From: Squalus acanthias | Taxonomy: Eukaryota | Length of the DNA stretch: 64,000 nt | Direction: 5' to 3' | Assembly: GCA_030390025.1 (NCBI GenBank) | Contig: CM059436.1 | Span: 92,132,001-92,196,000 of the forward strand | Part shown: one piece after another, positions 13,551-25,795 of the stretch | How the letters are laid out: each line of letters starts with the position of its first letter | Numbering within the stretch: position 1 is the stretch's first letter | Notes under the pieces: model-generated | The model's input: the letters and a program-made list of their open reading frames with translations, nothing else | Databases searched by the model: none | Told to the model about the DNA's origin: nothing | Program-made: the position numbers and the translations under genes

Positions 13551-13675
13551 CAAAATTTAAGAAGACCAGCTTGGCTTGAATGGCTGGACACAGCTTTACT
13601 ACGAAAGGAATGCATATGTACACTGCTAACAGCCACACAGCTAGCTTCTTGATTCTGTACAACAACCGAGAACGT
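13551..13675 (-). CDS. ABHD12: ABHD12 coding exon 2 (transmembrane segment)
   Basis: RSRLLYRIKKLAVWLLAVYICIPFVVKLCPAIQAKLVFLNF matches ABHD12 (…[23 protein letters not shown]). 125 bp, with a tttag acceptor and G|GTGAGT donor. Confidence 0.95.
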
Positions 13676-14854
13676 CTAAAACTAGGAAGAAAAAGAAAAA
13701 AGGTCACTCTACAAACAGGCTAAGCATTGTAATCATTAATTCTAATTTATTATATATTGTGAATAAAACAAAAATCCTCTTCCTGTAATCATATTTAATT
13801 CCTTAATTCTAATCAACTGCAACATAATCGTCAATAAAAATGAAGCAAAAATAAATGGATACCAGGGCAATGTATTGTTTTAAAATCTCATCATAGAATC
13901 CGACATAAAAGCTCCAGGAAAAAGGAATACTGCAACTTTCTAAGTGACCTTTCCTCAAAGAAAAACTACAGTCAGCATGAACTTGTTTATCTTACATACT
14001 GAATTCCAGCCAAATACAACAGAAGATCTCCAATTATAGTTAAATTATGCATTTCTGCAAATGAAACAAGTCGGCAATGTGCTCACAAAAGTAATTAATC
14101 AGACAAATGGGACGTTTATGTTCAAACGTCCGTTACTTGCAGCATTAGCTTTCCCAACACATCATCCCCAAAAATGTAGCATAAACACAGCAATGCCCCA
14201 CCTGTCGTGGTGCCCAACCATGGAGGCCTCAGCTTCAATCCTAGATTTGTGCGAGGACAACAACTGGGGCACAATCAGCTCAGTATCCCTGAGATAGACA
14301 CGGGGGTGGTGCAGTTGGAGATAGTCACAGCCCTCACTTTTGACTCATTGTTAGAAACTATACATGTGGACTGTGGGTGAGGGTAGTATTGGGCTTGGAA
14401 CCATACTCAGCACCTGCCTTGATTACTGGAAAAAAGTGTTGAGGGAGAGAGGGGGAAGAGAGACCCAGAGCAGTGCTTTAGGATGTGTACAAGATAGTGA
14501 AGATTTTGCATATTACAGGAGTTGTTATTATCTGAACAAGCCAGCAACCAATAGATGCTGGATTCATTATACTAATAAACTAATCAGTGTTTCTGCTATG
14601 CAAGGCTTTTTTAAAAACACACAAGCAAAACTCTTACTCTTCCTGGGCAAACACAACTTTCGCACTATTATCACATTGAATAGTATGTGTGGTGTTTTAA
14701 GAGTTAAGGGTTACACTACAAGGGAGGTAAATGATTTTGGCGTTTTAGAACAGTTTTAGCTAGAGTATCTTTAGTTAGAATATCGCTGCAGAAAAATATG
14801 AGGCCACAATGCCAACACACTACTTCACGCCCTCGAGCCCATTGAAACAGAAGG

Positions 14855-17800
14855 TTTTTTTTAATTAATTCCTGGGATGTGGGCATCGCTGGCAAGGCCA
14901 GCATTATTGCCCATCCCTAATTGCCCTTGAGAAGGTGGTGGTGAGCCGCCTTCTTGAACCGCTGCAGTCTGTGTGGTGAAGGTACTCCCACAGTGCTGTT
15001 AGGTAGGGAGTTCCAGGATTTTGACCCAGCGACAATGAAGGAACAGCGATCTATTTCCAAGTCAGGATGGTGTGTAACATGATGGGGAACTTGCAGGTGG
15101 TGGTGTTCACATGCGCCTGCTGCCCTTGTCCTAGTCCTTCTAGGTGATAGAGGTCACGGGTTTGGGAGGTGCTGTTGAAGAAGACTTGGCGAGTTGCTGC
15201 AGTGCATCTTGTAGATGGTACACACTGCAGCCACGGTGCGCCGGTGGTGGAGGGAGTGAATGTTTAAGGTGGTGGATGGGGTGCCAATCAAGTGGGCTGC
15301 TTTGTCCTGGATGGTGTCGAGCTTCTTGAGTGTTGTTGGAGCTGCACTCATCTAGGCAAGTGAAGAGTATTCCATCACACTCCTTACTGGGTCTTTTAGA
15401 TGGTGGAAAGGTTTTGGGGAATCAGGAGGTGAGACATTCGCCGCAGAATACCCAACCTCTGACCTGCTCTTGTGGCTGGTCCAGTTAGGTTTCTGGTCAA
15501 TGGTGACCCCCAGGATGTTGATGGTGGGGGATTCGGCGATGGTAATACCGTTGAATGTCAAGGGGCGGTGGTTAGACTCTCGCTTGTTGGAGATAGTCAT
15601 TGCCTGGCACTTGTGTGGCACAAATGTCACTTGCCACTTATCAGCCCAAGCCTGAATGTCATCCAGGTCTTGCTGCATGCGGGCATGGGTTGCTTCATCA
15701 TCTGGGGAGTTGTGGATGGAACTGAACACTGTGCAGTCATCAGTGAACATCCCTACTTCTGACCTTATGATGGAGGGAAGGTCATTGATGAAGCAGCTGA
15801 AGATGGTTGGGCCTAGGACACTGCCCTGAGGAACTCCTGCAGTGATGTCCTGGGGCTGAGATGACGGAGCTCCAACAACCACAACCATCTTCCTTTGTGC
15901 TAGGTATGACTTCAGCCAGTGGAGAGTTTTCCCCGATTCCCATGGACTTCAATTTTACTAGGGCTCCTTGATGCCACACTCGGTCAAATGCTGTCTTGAT
16001 GTCAAGGGCAGTCACTCTCACCTCACCTCTGGAATTCAGCTCCTTTGTCCATGTTTGGACCAAGGCTGTAATGAGGTATAGCGCCGAGTGGTCCTGGCGG
16101 AACCCAAAATGAGCATCGGTGAGCAGGTTATCGGTAAGTGCCGCTTGATAGCACTGTCGACGACACCTTCCATCACCTTGCTGATGATTGAGGGTAGACT
16201 GATGGGGCGGTAATTGGCCAGATTGGATTGGTCCTGCTTTTTTGTGGACAGGTCATACCTAGGCAGTTTTCCACATTGTCGGGTGGATGCCAGTGTTGTA
16301 GCTGTACTGGATAGCCTGGCTAGAGGCGCAACTAGTTTTGGAGCACAAGTCTTCAGCACGACAGTTGGGATGTTGTCAGGGCCCATAGCCTTTGCTGTAT
16401 CCAGTGCACTCAGCCGTTTCTTGATATCACATGGAGTGAATCAAATTGTCTGAAGACTAGGTTTCTGTGATGGTGGGGACCTCAGAAGGCGGCCGAGATG
16501 GATCATCCACTCGGCACTTCTGGCTGAAGATGGTTGTAAATCCTTCATCCTTGTCTTTTGCACTCGCAAGCTGGGCTCCACCATCATTGAGGATGGGGAT
16601 ATTCATGGAGCCTCCTCCTCCCCCCCATTAGTTGTATAATTGTCCACCACCATTCACGACTGGATGTGGGAGGACTGCAGAGTTTTGATCTGATCCGTTG
16701 TATGTGGGATCGCTTAGCCCTGTCTATAGCATGCTGCTTCCACTGTTTAGCATGCATGTAGTCCTGTGTTGCAGCTTCCCCAGGTTGGTACCTCATTTTT
16801 AGGTACGCCTGGTGCTGCTCCGGGCATGCTTTTCTACACTCCTCATTAAGAACATAAGAGCAGGAGTAGGCCATACGGCCCCTCGAGCCTGCTCCGCCAT
16901 TCAATAAGATCATGGCTGATCATCGACCTCAACTCCACTTTCCTGCCCGATCTGCATATCCCTTGATTCCCCTAGAGTCCAAAAATCTATCTATCTCAGC
17001 CTTGAATATACTCAAAGACTCAGCATTCACAGCCCTCTGGGGCAGAGATTTCCAAAGATTCACAACCCTCTGAGTGAAGAAATTCTTCCTCATCTCAGTC
17101 TTAAATAGCCTACCCCTTATCCTGAGACTATGCCCCCTAGTTCTAGAATCTCCAGCCAGGGGACACAACCTCTCAGCATCTACCCTGTCAATCCCCTTCA
17201 GAATCTTGTATGTTTCAATGAGATCACCTCTCATTCTTCTAAACTCCAGAGAGTATAGGCCCATTCTACACAATCTCTCATCATAGCCCTCACATCCCAG
17301 GAATCAATCTAGTGAACCGCCTCCAAGGCAAGTATATCCTTCCTTAGATAAGGAGACCAAAACTGTGCACAGTACTCCAGGTGTGGTCTCACCAAGGCCC
17401 TGTACAATTGTAGCAAGACTTCCTTACTCTTATACTCCAACCCCCTTGCAATAAAGGCCAACATGCCATTTGCCTTCCTTATTGCTTGCTGTACCTGCAT
17501 GCTAGCTTTCTGTGTTTCTTGCACGAGGACACCCAAATCTCTCTGAACACCTGGCTTGATGGTAATGATAGAGTGAGGGATATGCCGGGCCATGAGGTTA
17601 AAGATTGTGGTGGAATACAATTCTAATGATGCTGATGGCCCACAGCGCCTCATGGATGCCCAGTTTTGTGCTGCTAGATCTGTTCTGAATCTATCCCATT
17701 TAGCACGGTGGTAGTGTCACACAACACGATGGAGAGTGTCCTCAGTGTGAAGATGGGACTTCGTCTCCACAAGCATTGTGCGGTAGTCACTGCTACCAAT

Positions 17801-18772
17801 GCTGTCATGGACAGATGCATCTGCGACAGGTAGATTGATGAGGACGAGGTCAAGCAGGTTTTTCCTCGTGTTGGTTCACTCAGCACCTGCCGCAGGCCCA
17901 GTCTGGCAGCTATGAGCCTTAGGACTCGGCCAGCTCGGTCAGTAGTGGTGCTACTGAGCCACTCTTGGTGATGGACATTGAAGTCCCCCACCCAGAGTAT
18001 ATTCTGTGCCATTGCTGCTCTCAGTGCTTCTTCCAAGTGGTGTTCAATATGGAGGAGTATTGATTCATCAGCTGAGGCAGGGCAGTAGGTGGTAATTAGC
18101 AGGAGGTTTCCTTGCCCTTGCTTGACCTGAAGCCATGAGACTTCATGTGGTCCAGCGTCAATGTTGAGGATTTCCAGGACCACTCCCTCCCGACTGTATA
18201 CCACTGTGCCGCCAGCTCTGGTGAATCTGTTCTGCCGGTGGGACAGGACATACCCAGGGATGGTGATTGAAGAGTCTGGGACATTGGATGAAAGGTATGA
18301 TTGTGAGTATGACTATGTCAGGCTGTTGCTTGACTAGTCTGTGGGACAGCTCTCCCAATTTTGGCACAAGTCCCCAGATGTTAGTGAGGAAGACTTTGCA
18401 GGGCCGACTGGGCTGGGTGCGCCACTTTCGTGTCCGAACCCGGTGCCGAGGTCGATGCCCGGTGGGCTGTCCGGTTTTATTCTTATTATTGCTTTTCGCA
18501 GTGGTTTGTGACAACTGAGTGACTTGCTAGGTCGTTTCAGAGGGCAGTTAAGAGTCAACCACATTGCTGTGGGTCTGGAGTCACATATAGGCCAGACCGG
18601 GTAAGGACGGCAGATTTCCTTCCCTAAAGGACATTAGTGAACCAGATGGGTTTTTACGACAATCCGATAGTTTCATGGTCGCCATTACTGATACTAGCTT
18701 TAATTAACTGAATTGAAATTCCTCAGCTGCCGTGGTGGGATTTGAACTCACGCCTCTGGATCATTAGTCCAC
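14855..18772 (-). mobile_element. Near full-length single-ORF LINE (APE endonuclease + RT; CR1-group, possibly Zenon-like) with tRNA-type head
   Basis: EN motifs (TNIWGL, PDIVILT, WVGDFNVH) and RT motifs (NYRPISL, ALDIKTAFDRVWH, GVPQGSVLGP, FTDD) across frameshifted ORFs. The 3' tail is …GCCAGCGATGCCCACATCCC+A-tail and the 5' head has a B-box at 18738-18749. A CR1 fragment interrupts it. Confidence 0.88.
16848..17550 (-). mobile_element. CR1 LINE 3' fragment nested in the larger LINE
   Basis: VQRDLGVLV…RPHLEYCAQFWSPY…RRMRGDLIETYKIL…FFTQRVVNLW plus the CR1 3' tail. Confidence 0.9.
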
Positions 18773-18845
18773 GGTCACACACTTCCTAACAGCTGGTTAA
18801 ATTGGTAGGCCCCTGAGAGCAGCTTGTCTGCCCATCCACATGTTC

Positions 18846-19280
18846 TTTTTATTTATATTCAGTCATGGGATGTGGGCGTTGCTGACAAGGCCAGCATTTA
18901 TTGCCCATCCCCAATTACTCGAGAAGGTGGTGGTGAACCGCCTTCTTGAACCGCTGCAGTCCATGTGGTGAAGGTACTCCCACAGTGCTGTTACGAAGGG
19001 AGTTCCAGAATTTTAACCCAGCGACGATGAAGGAACGGCGATATATTACTAAGTTAGGATGGTGTGTGACTTGGAGGGGAACTTGCAGGTGGTGGTGTTC
19101 CCATGCGTCTACTGCCCTTGTCCTTCTAGGTGGAAGAGGTCATGGGTTTGGGAGGTGCTGTTGAAGAAACCTTGGCGAGTTGCTGCAGTGCATCTTGTAG
19201 ATGGTACACACTGCAGCTACGGTGTGCTGGTGGTGGAGGGAGTGAATGTTTAAGGTTGTGGATGGGGTGCCAATCAAGTG
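18846..19280 (-). mobile_element. 5'-truncated 3' fragment of the same LINE family
   Basis: Colinear with 14870-15295; a similar shorter fragment lies at about 6958-7250. Confidence 0.8.
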
Positions 19281-20451
19281 TTCTATGAATGGTACGTTGT
19301 AAAGGGAGACCTTAGAAAAGCGATAACAGAAATCTCTCTTTAAAACAAAAAAAGGAGCTGCTTAACTTATCAAAAGCGACAGCAGTATCTACAACTCAAC
19401 AGATAAGATCACAATTATTTTACATATTGCTCTCAAGCACCCATACGAAGTTGGCATTGTTTAAGATTTTCAACTAAAGTCTTATTGAAATTATGAGAGA
19501 TGTACATTATGTGGTTGTGCTGGATAGGGCAAAGTGAGAATGTCCCGCATGTCAGGAATTTCTCATTTCCAAGCCAGAATTTCTGGTTTGGAGATGAGAA
19601 ATTCCTGACAATGACACTAATCGTGTTGTCTCAGCCTGGTTTTACATAGAATTTACAGCACAGAAACAGGTCATTTGGCCCAAGAAGTTTTTCTGTTACA
19701 TCTTTTGAGTAAAGATTCCAATATCGAACCTACCACCGACATTAAGCTAACGTTGCCTGGATTTGTTCCATTTCCTTTTTTAAATTTAGTTGGTAGTTTT
19801 CTCATATCTTGAGCCAGATAGTGAGACTTGAAGGTCCACTGCAGGAACACATATTTTATGCTAACACTCCAGTGCATTTTCATAGATGCTGGCCTTTAGA
19901 TGAGACATTAAAACCAAAGGCCTCTCTGCCTGTCGTGATGGTTCATGTGGGCCTTAAAGATCCCATGGTACCATTCAAAGTTTGAGAGTGTCAAAAGCCT
20001 ACTTTCAACTCATGGCACAGTTTGAAAATCCCATCTTTAAGAAGTTCTAAAGACATATATAAACTTTAAAAGTATAACAGAAATATCAGTAAATCTCATC
20101 CGTGACTCAGTGGTCGCATACATTCCCACTAAGCTGCATAGCTGTCTGCCGGTCCCGCGCAGCCCGGGTCCAGCTTTTCAAATGTGAAATTATGCACATG
20201 GGCAAAACTTTGAATGGGCCACGCAGCTCGTTAAAGGGGGAACATTGGTCGTAGCACTCTCGTCTCGGAGTCAGAATTTGTCGGTTCAAGCCCCACTCCA
20301 GAGACTTGAGTGCATAAGTCAGGCTGACACTCCACTGCAGTACTGAGGGAGTGCTGCACTGTCGGAGGGGCCGTCTTTCGGATGAGACTTTAAACCGAGT
20401 CTGTCTGCCCTCTCAAGTGAACATAAAGGGTCCCATGGGACTATTTTGAAG

Positions 20452-20818
20452 TTGAGAGGTCGCACAACACCAGGTTATAGTCCAACAGTTTTATTTGAAA
20501 TCACAAGCTTTCGGAGCTATCGATCGCCCCTTCCTCAGGTGAAGTAAAGAAATACAGACTCGACAAAGCATATATAGATAGAGAACAATGCATGTGTACC
20601 TTACAATTGCAGACAACTGCAATTGTAAGGTACACATGCATTGTTCTCTATCTATATATGCTTTGTCGAGTCTGTATTTCTTTACTTCACCTGAGGAAGG
20701 GGCGATCGATAGCTCCGAAAGCTTGTGATTTCAAATAAAACTGTTGGACTATAACCTGGTGTTGTGCGACCTCTCAATTTTGTCCACCCCAGTCCAACAC
20801 CGGCATCTCCGCATCATG
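20452..20818 (+). mobile_element. Penelope-like element terminus with inverted pLTR (161-bp perfect palindrome) and hammerhead
   Basis: Arms 20452-20612 and 20617-20777 are exact reverse complements around a 4-nt spacer, followed by a ~41-nt unpaired tail. TSD GACTATTT(T)GAAG; inserted inside a DeuSINE. Confidence 0.85.
20687..20728 (+). ncRNA. Minimal type-I hammerhead ribozyme motif
   Basis: UCAC-CUGAGGA-A-GGGGC(gaucgaua)GCUCC-GAAA-GCUU-GUGA: conserved core, helix I UCAC/GUGA and palindromic AGCU helix III. A mirror copy lies on the minus strand in the left arm. Confidence 0.7.
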
Positions 20819-21881
20819 ACTATTTGAAGAGCAGGGGAGTTATCCCCAGTGCCCTATCCAATATTTAACCCTCAACCAAAATCACTAAAATAAAAATTCT
20901 GATCATTATCACATTGCTGTTTGTGGGAGCTTGCTGTACGCAATTTGACTGCCGTGTTTCCTACATTACAACAGTGAGTACACTTCAAAAGTACATCATT
21001 GGCTGTGAAGCGCTTTGGGGCGGCCTGAGGTTGTGAAAGGTGCTATATAAATGAAAGTCTTTCTTTATATCAAGCTATGTGATATGTTAATCTGAAGATA
21101 CTGAAAGTGGTCAGACCCAGGCTCAGATTCACAATTTCAAACCTGGTAAAATCCCAGTGCTACCAGGGGAAGGACTGAGTAGGAGCCGGCCACTTCCCTC
21201 CAAGGAAGGAGGGAAACCTGGAAGATTAATCACCCCAATCTACACCCACACCATTCCTTGGCAGCTGGCTTATGACCTGCATTGAGCAAGGTCTAGGCAT
21301 AGTTTGGATTTGTGAGTCAGAGAGTAGTATGTGGCACAAGACAAAAATAAGAAAAAGGGGGAAAAAAATTAAATTTTAATGTTTACATTCGGATACTTAC
21401 AACACTGTGCAGATAATACACTGTACACCTGGTGACTTAAAGCTGCCAAAAAATAATGCTGAATTATCCAGAAATTCAAATTAAGCAACTGTCTTGAAAT
21501 GGCACAGTTGCCCTTCTACATGCAAGCCAAATTTGAATAATCCAGTAATTCGAATTAAGTGACTTTCAAATCAACAAGAGACTGAATTAACAGTGGGCTG
21601 TATAGCAACAGACTAAAACCGCACTCTCTTTCCCTACCATGCAATACTTGAATGGCATGAACATAGCAACAAGGGGTCAAATGACAAAAACCATGAAGAC
21701 ATATAAATCCAGGACATAAGGGGTTGAAATTCAACTTGGGTGGGGGGCGCAAAGCAGACGACAGCGGATTGGCCGCCCATTAAAGTCACTGGAAAGGAAA
21801 AATCGGGCGGGGTGTATAACAGGCAGCCGAACCAACAGCACCAGCTTCATACCCCCTCCCAAGCTGAATTTTACCCCCAAG

Positions 21882-22047
21882 CAACGTTCCCTCTAATCTT
21901 TTTTTGGGCTGCGCGGCCCCCTTTAACGGGCTGCACGGCCCATTCAAACTTCCGCGCACACACGTTTTTTTGCATTGTGAAGCCAGCAAGCGGCCTGCAC
22001 AGAACCTCGAGACCGCTGTGCGGCCGCGCAGTTTAAAGGGAACATGG
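21882..22047. mobile_element. hAT-type MITE, same family
   Basis: Perfect 8-bp TSD CCCCCAAG (21874-21881 and 22048-22055); inserted at the end of a Harbinger-like MITE (~21720-21878). Confidence 0.8.
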
Positions 22048-23451
22048 CCCCCAAGGTGTTATTACATAGAACTTACATCACAGACACAGTTAATTCAGCC
22101 CATGCTGGTGTTAATGCTCCACAAGAGCCTCCTCCCACCCTACTTCACCTCACCCTCTCAGTATATCCTTCTGTCCCTTTCTCCCTCATGTACTTATCTA
22201 GCTTCCCCGTAAATGCATCTGTGCTCTTCGCCTCAACTACTTCCTGTGGTAGGGAGTTCCACATTCTCACCACTCTCTGGGTAAAGAAGTTTCTCCTGAA
22301 TTCCTTATTGGATTTATTAGTTATATTTTAGAAAACATCTTAACTGGATACATCTGCCAAAAAAAAATCAAACGGAAGTGTAATCCCTGTGGTTTATAAC
22401 ATAATATACAATGGACACAGACATTTGCAACTACAGACTTCCCATGAAACGTGCCTAAGAGCTTATCATTTTATTGTCTGAAAGTCATCACCCAAGGGCA
22501 AGGAAAGTACCACAAACAGCTCTGCAATAACAGGTGTCAGTACAAAAACTGACTAAGAGCATAATCAAAGTCCACCTGAAATTATTAGAATAGTTTTGAA
22601 ATGATATCTAATCTGCAGGGGGTTCAGATAAAAGGGACAAAAACAGCCTGAACTTTACTCTTACAGTTCACGATGCCGTCTGAGCCCTTTAATCACATTA
22701 GTGTCAAGGTTTAAATAAGAAATTATGGAGTTTGGCTCAATTGCCTTTTGCAGGAAATCAGTTAGAAATGTTCCAGAACTTTTCCTCCAGACATTAAATA
22801 AAGTGGAGTTTTGTCAATGATGGGATGGATTTTAGAAATCCAGAAAAAAAGGTTGATACACGTGAAACAAGACTACCAGCAACGGTTGCAGTTCAAAAAG
22901 GAACTAGACAGGATCCCATCAACAAATATAGGATTTAACTTTAGATTGAGGAATAAAGCAAGGAAATCTTGGAGGACGTTCAGTGGGTAAGCTGGACGGA
23001 TCAATGGTCTACTCCTACCTGAAATTATTACCACAGCAGCAATTTCAAGGTTGTCAGCTAATCTCTCACTCATGTTATTTACGATACCACCTGAATTCCC
23101 TTGACGGAATTACTGCACAGTAATCCCTCCTGGGTATCCATTATCTCCATGTAATACAATCCAAGCCAGCTATTATTCCATTTGTGTATGCTAAACAACA
23201 CAACTTGGTGCCATGCCAAAGGTGCAATATATGTTTAGAAGCACTGTTATGAGGCTGTTAAATCGTATTAATCTTTCTCAAAGTCTAACAGATTTGAATA
23301 AAGAACTTTTTAATGCTTAACTGTACAAGAGTTATTGATGAATTAATATTTCACACTACATTCATTCTTTACGGTAATTATGTGTTTGCAAACATTTAAA
23401 ATGGGAACAGGATTTTATAATTGCTTACAAATTTTAACATTAAAACCTTAG

Positions 23452-23758
23452 GGGGGAAAAATTCAGTTGGTTGCGCCTCCCGTTAGCGCCCAGGCGCAGC
23501 GATGTTTGCGCCGCTCGCGGAATTAGCTAGCCATTTTGCGGCGAAACAGTACCGCCACGATCTCCTGCGCCGGCAGATTGTGACATCAGTCGAGTGCGCA
23601 ACGCCCCGGTAGCGCCCCGGAGCGGATATTGAGTGGCGCCCCCTGCCTTACCGCCTGCAACGACAGGTTGAAGGGAGCGTTTTGCAGTCAGGAAGGGAGC
23701 GCTATTTAAAGGCGACCGCTTCCTGCCTTTTTTTGTTGGCGACATTTTTGAACCACGC

Positions 23759-23804
<46 letters not shown>

Positions 23805-24314
23805 ACTGACTTCTGGAGAGATTCAACGCTGTGTGAAGGAGTTTTGGGTACTGAGCAGCACTTTGCAGGTTCATTTTGATTTGCCCTTCCTTGTATCGAT
23901 TTAGAAGAGACTGTGGGGGCTGCACTCTGAGCTCTTTCCCTGGGTCTCTCCATTGTTCTTTCCAGCAGATTTGATGTACAGGTCTCTCCAGGCCGAGATT
24001 CAAGGCTGCAATGAGCAGGATGTGGATGGAAAGCAAGATCAACCCTCCCCTTTAAGAACTGGCCGGAGCCATTGTGTCTGTGTTCCATTGCTGACTGACA
24101 TCACATGAGCTTCGCCAGTGCTCTGAGTTAGTGCCTCGCTCCTCGGCCTTTGCGCCTTAAGACAGATGTGTAGCGCCTGATTTAGTGCTCCAATCACCTC
24201 CAGGGGCGATAAAAGTCAAGTTTGCAGTCGGAGGCGATAATTAGCGCCAGGCGCTAATCTTTGCGCCCGGCCGATAATTGCGCCCCAAACGGGGCGATAC
24301 TGAATTTTTCCCCC
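23452..24314. mobile_element. PIF/Harbinger-like non-autonomous element
   Basis: 16-bp TIR GGGGGAAAAATTCAGT/ACTGAATTTTTCCCCC, 3-bp TSD TAG and GGCGC-rich subtermini. Confidence 0.75.
23762..23801 (+). repeat. (GA)n microsatellite
   Basis: About 20 GA units. Confidence 0.95.
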
Positions 24315-25360
24315 TAGGTCTCTAGAGTGGGACTGGAACCCACGACCTTCTGACTCAGATGTGAGTGCGCTACCACTTCCCTCTCAGGTGGATGTTAAAT
24401 AAAGAAAGCAAAATAGTAATTTAACATGTTGACAGGTCAAATATTCTAGAAACTGCATTTCAGGCCATTACAACTTTCATCTGATTAAGATGCTCTACTT
24501 TGCACGTACAGAAATTGAATCAGATTTAGATGGGTACAGCCCATTCTGGTTTCCGTTAGGTCACTAGGTAAATATCTGGTTTCTACTAGGCTGGCCATAG
24601 AGAACTAAATACAACATGCAATCAACTTAATAATTAAGATAATTACCTCAAAATACAAGGTCAGATTGGAACTTCCCAACTATGAAGGAGCTGAGCATAT
24701 AGAAGTACAGAGAGAACAAAAAGGAAAATAAAAAAAGTCCATAAAACTAAAAAAAAGTCTAAAGATTGTAAACCAACTTTTTTTTTTTAGCACTGTGCAC
24801 CAGATGTTTAGAGGTACATACCATTTGGGATTATTACTACAGAAGACCATTTTTAAATCTGCAACATTATGCATAATCAGTGACACATTAGATTAGAAAT
24901 GGAAAAATGCTGGAATATGCACTGACAAATGTATTTTCTGAGTAAATTTACCTCTTTTGAGTACTTACAAAGAAACACTATTAACAAAAATCAATTCTTC
25001 TCGTATATTCAGCTGAAATTTTTCTTGCTGAGGCTGGCTTCCTTGGGGGAAAGAGCTGACGTGTCCTTTCCCTCTAGACTGGAAAATTTGTTGAGAGCGA
25101 AATAAGTCACGGAAGAAATTTGTCTCGAAACATTACTCAATCTCTGAAAGCGCAGTTAGTTCTGTTTCAAGGACTCGAGTGAAACTTGGGAACTAAATGC
25201 TTTCTAGACAGACGACAACATATGTTTAGGCTTCAGGTGCGTGGTTACTCTTGATTCATACTCAGATTCTAAAAAGGAGTGCACATGTCCTCGGTTAATT
25301 TAAAAAGGATATATGCAATTGGCTCACTGGCTAGCACTTGTGCTTCGGAGTTAGGTATCA

Positions 25361-25795
25361 ACCGTGACTCAGTGGTAGCGCACTCACATCTGAGTCAGAA
25401 GGTCGTGGGTTCCAGTCCCACTCTAGAGACCTCAGCACATAACCTAGGCTGACACTCCAGTGCAATACTGAGGGAGTGCTGCACTGCCAGAGGTGCCGTC
25501 TTTCAGATGAAATGTTAAACGAGACCCCATCTTCCCTCTCAGGTGGATGTAAAAGATCCCATGGCACAATTTCTAAGAAGAGCGGGGGAGTTCTACCTAG
25601 TGTCCTGACCAATATTTATCCCTCAACCAACACCACTAAAACAGGTTATCTAGTCATTATCACATTGCTGTTTGTGGGACCTTGCTGTGCGCAAATTGGC
25701 TGCCGCGTTTCCTACAACAGTGACTATTAATTGCCTGTAAAGCGCTTTGGGATGTCCCAAGGTCGTGAAAGGCGCTTTATAAGTGCAAGTTTTTT
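25361..25795 (+). mobile_element. DeuSINE
   Basis: Full head-Deu-tail structure; further copies lie at ~39622-39940 and ~45375-45745 (minus). Confidence 0.85.

Larger units (their letters stand above)
20100..21065 (+). mobile_element. DeuSINE interrupted by a hAT MITE (~20120-20248) and a Penelope palindrome
   Basis: SINE sequence resumes colinearly after each insertion. Confidence 0.8.

Noticed and set aside
23527-24088. 171-aa and 128-aa ORFs with SL/ER repeats
   Set aside because: Read-through of a (GA)n microsatellite inside a non-autonomous DNA transposon.
24951-25268. Exon-like segment on the minus strand (tttag acceptor … AG|GTAAAT donor)
   Set aside because: Stops in all three frames and no similarity to ABHD12; cannot be supported as a coding exon.
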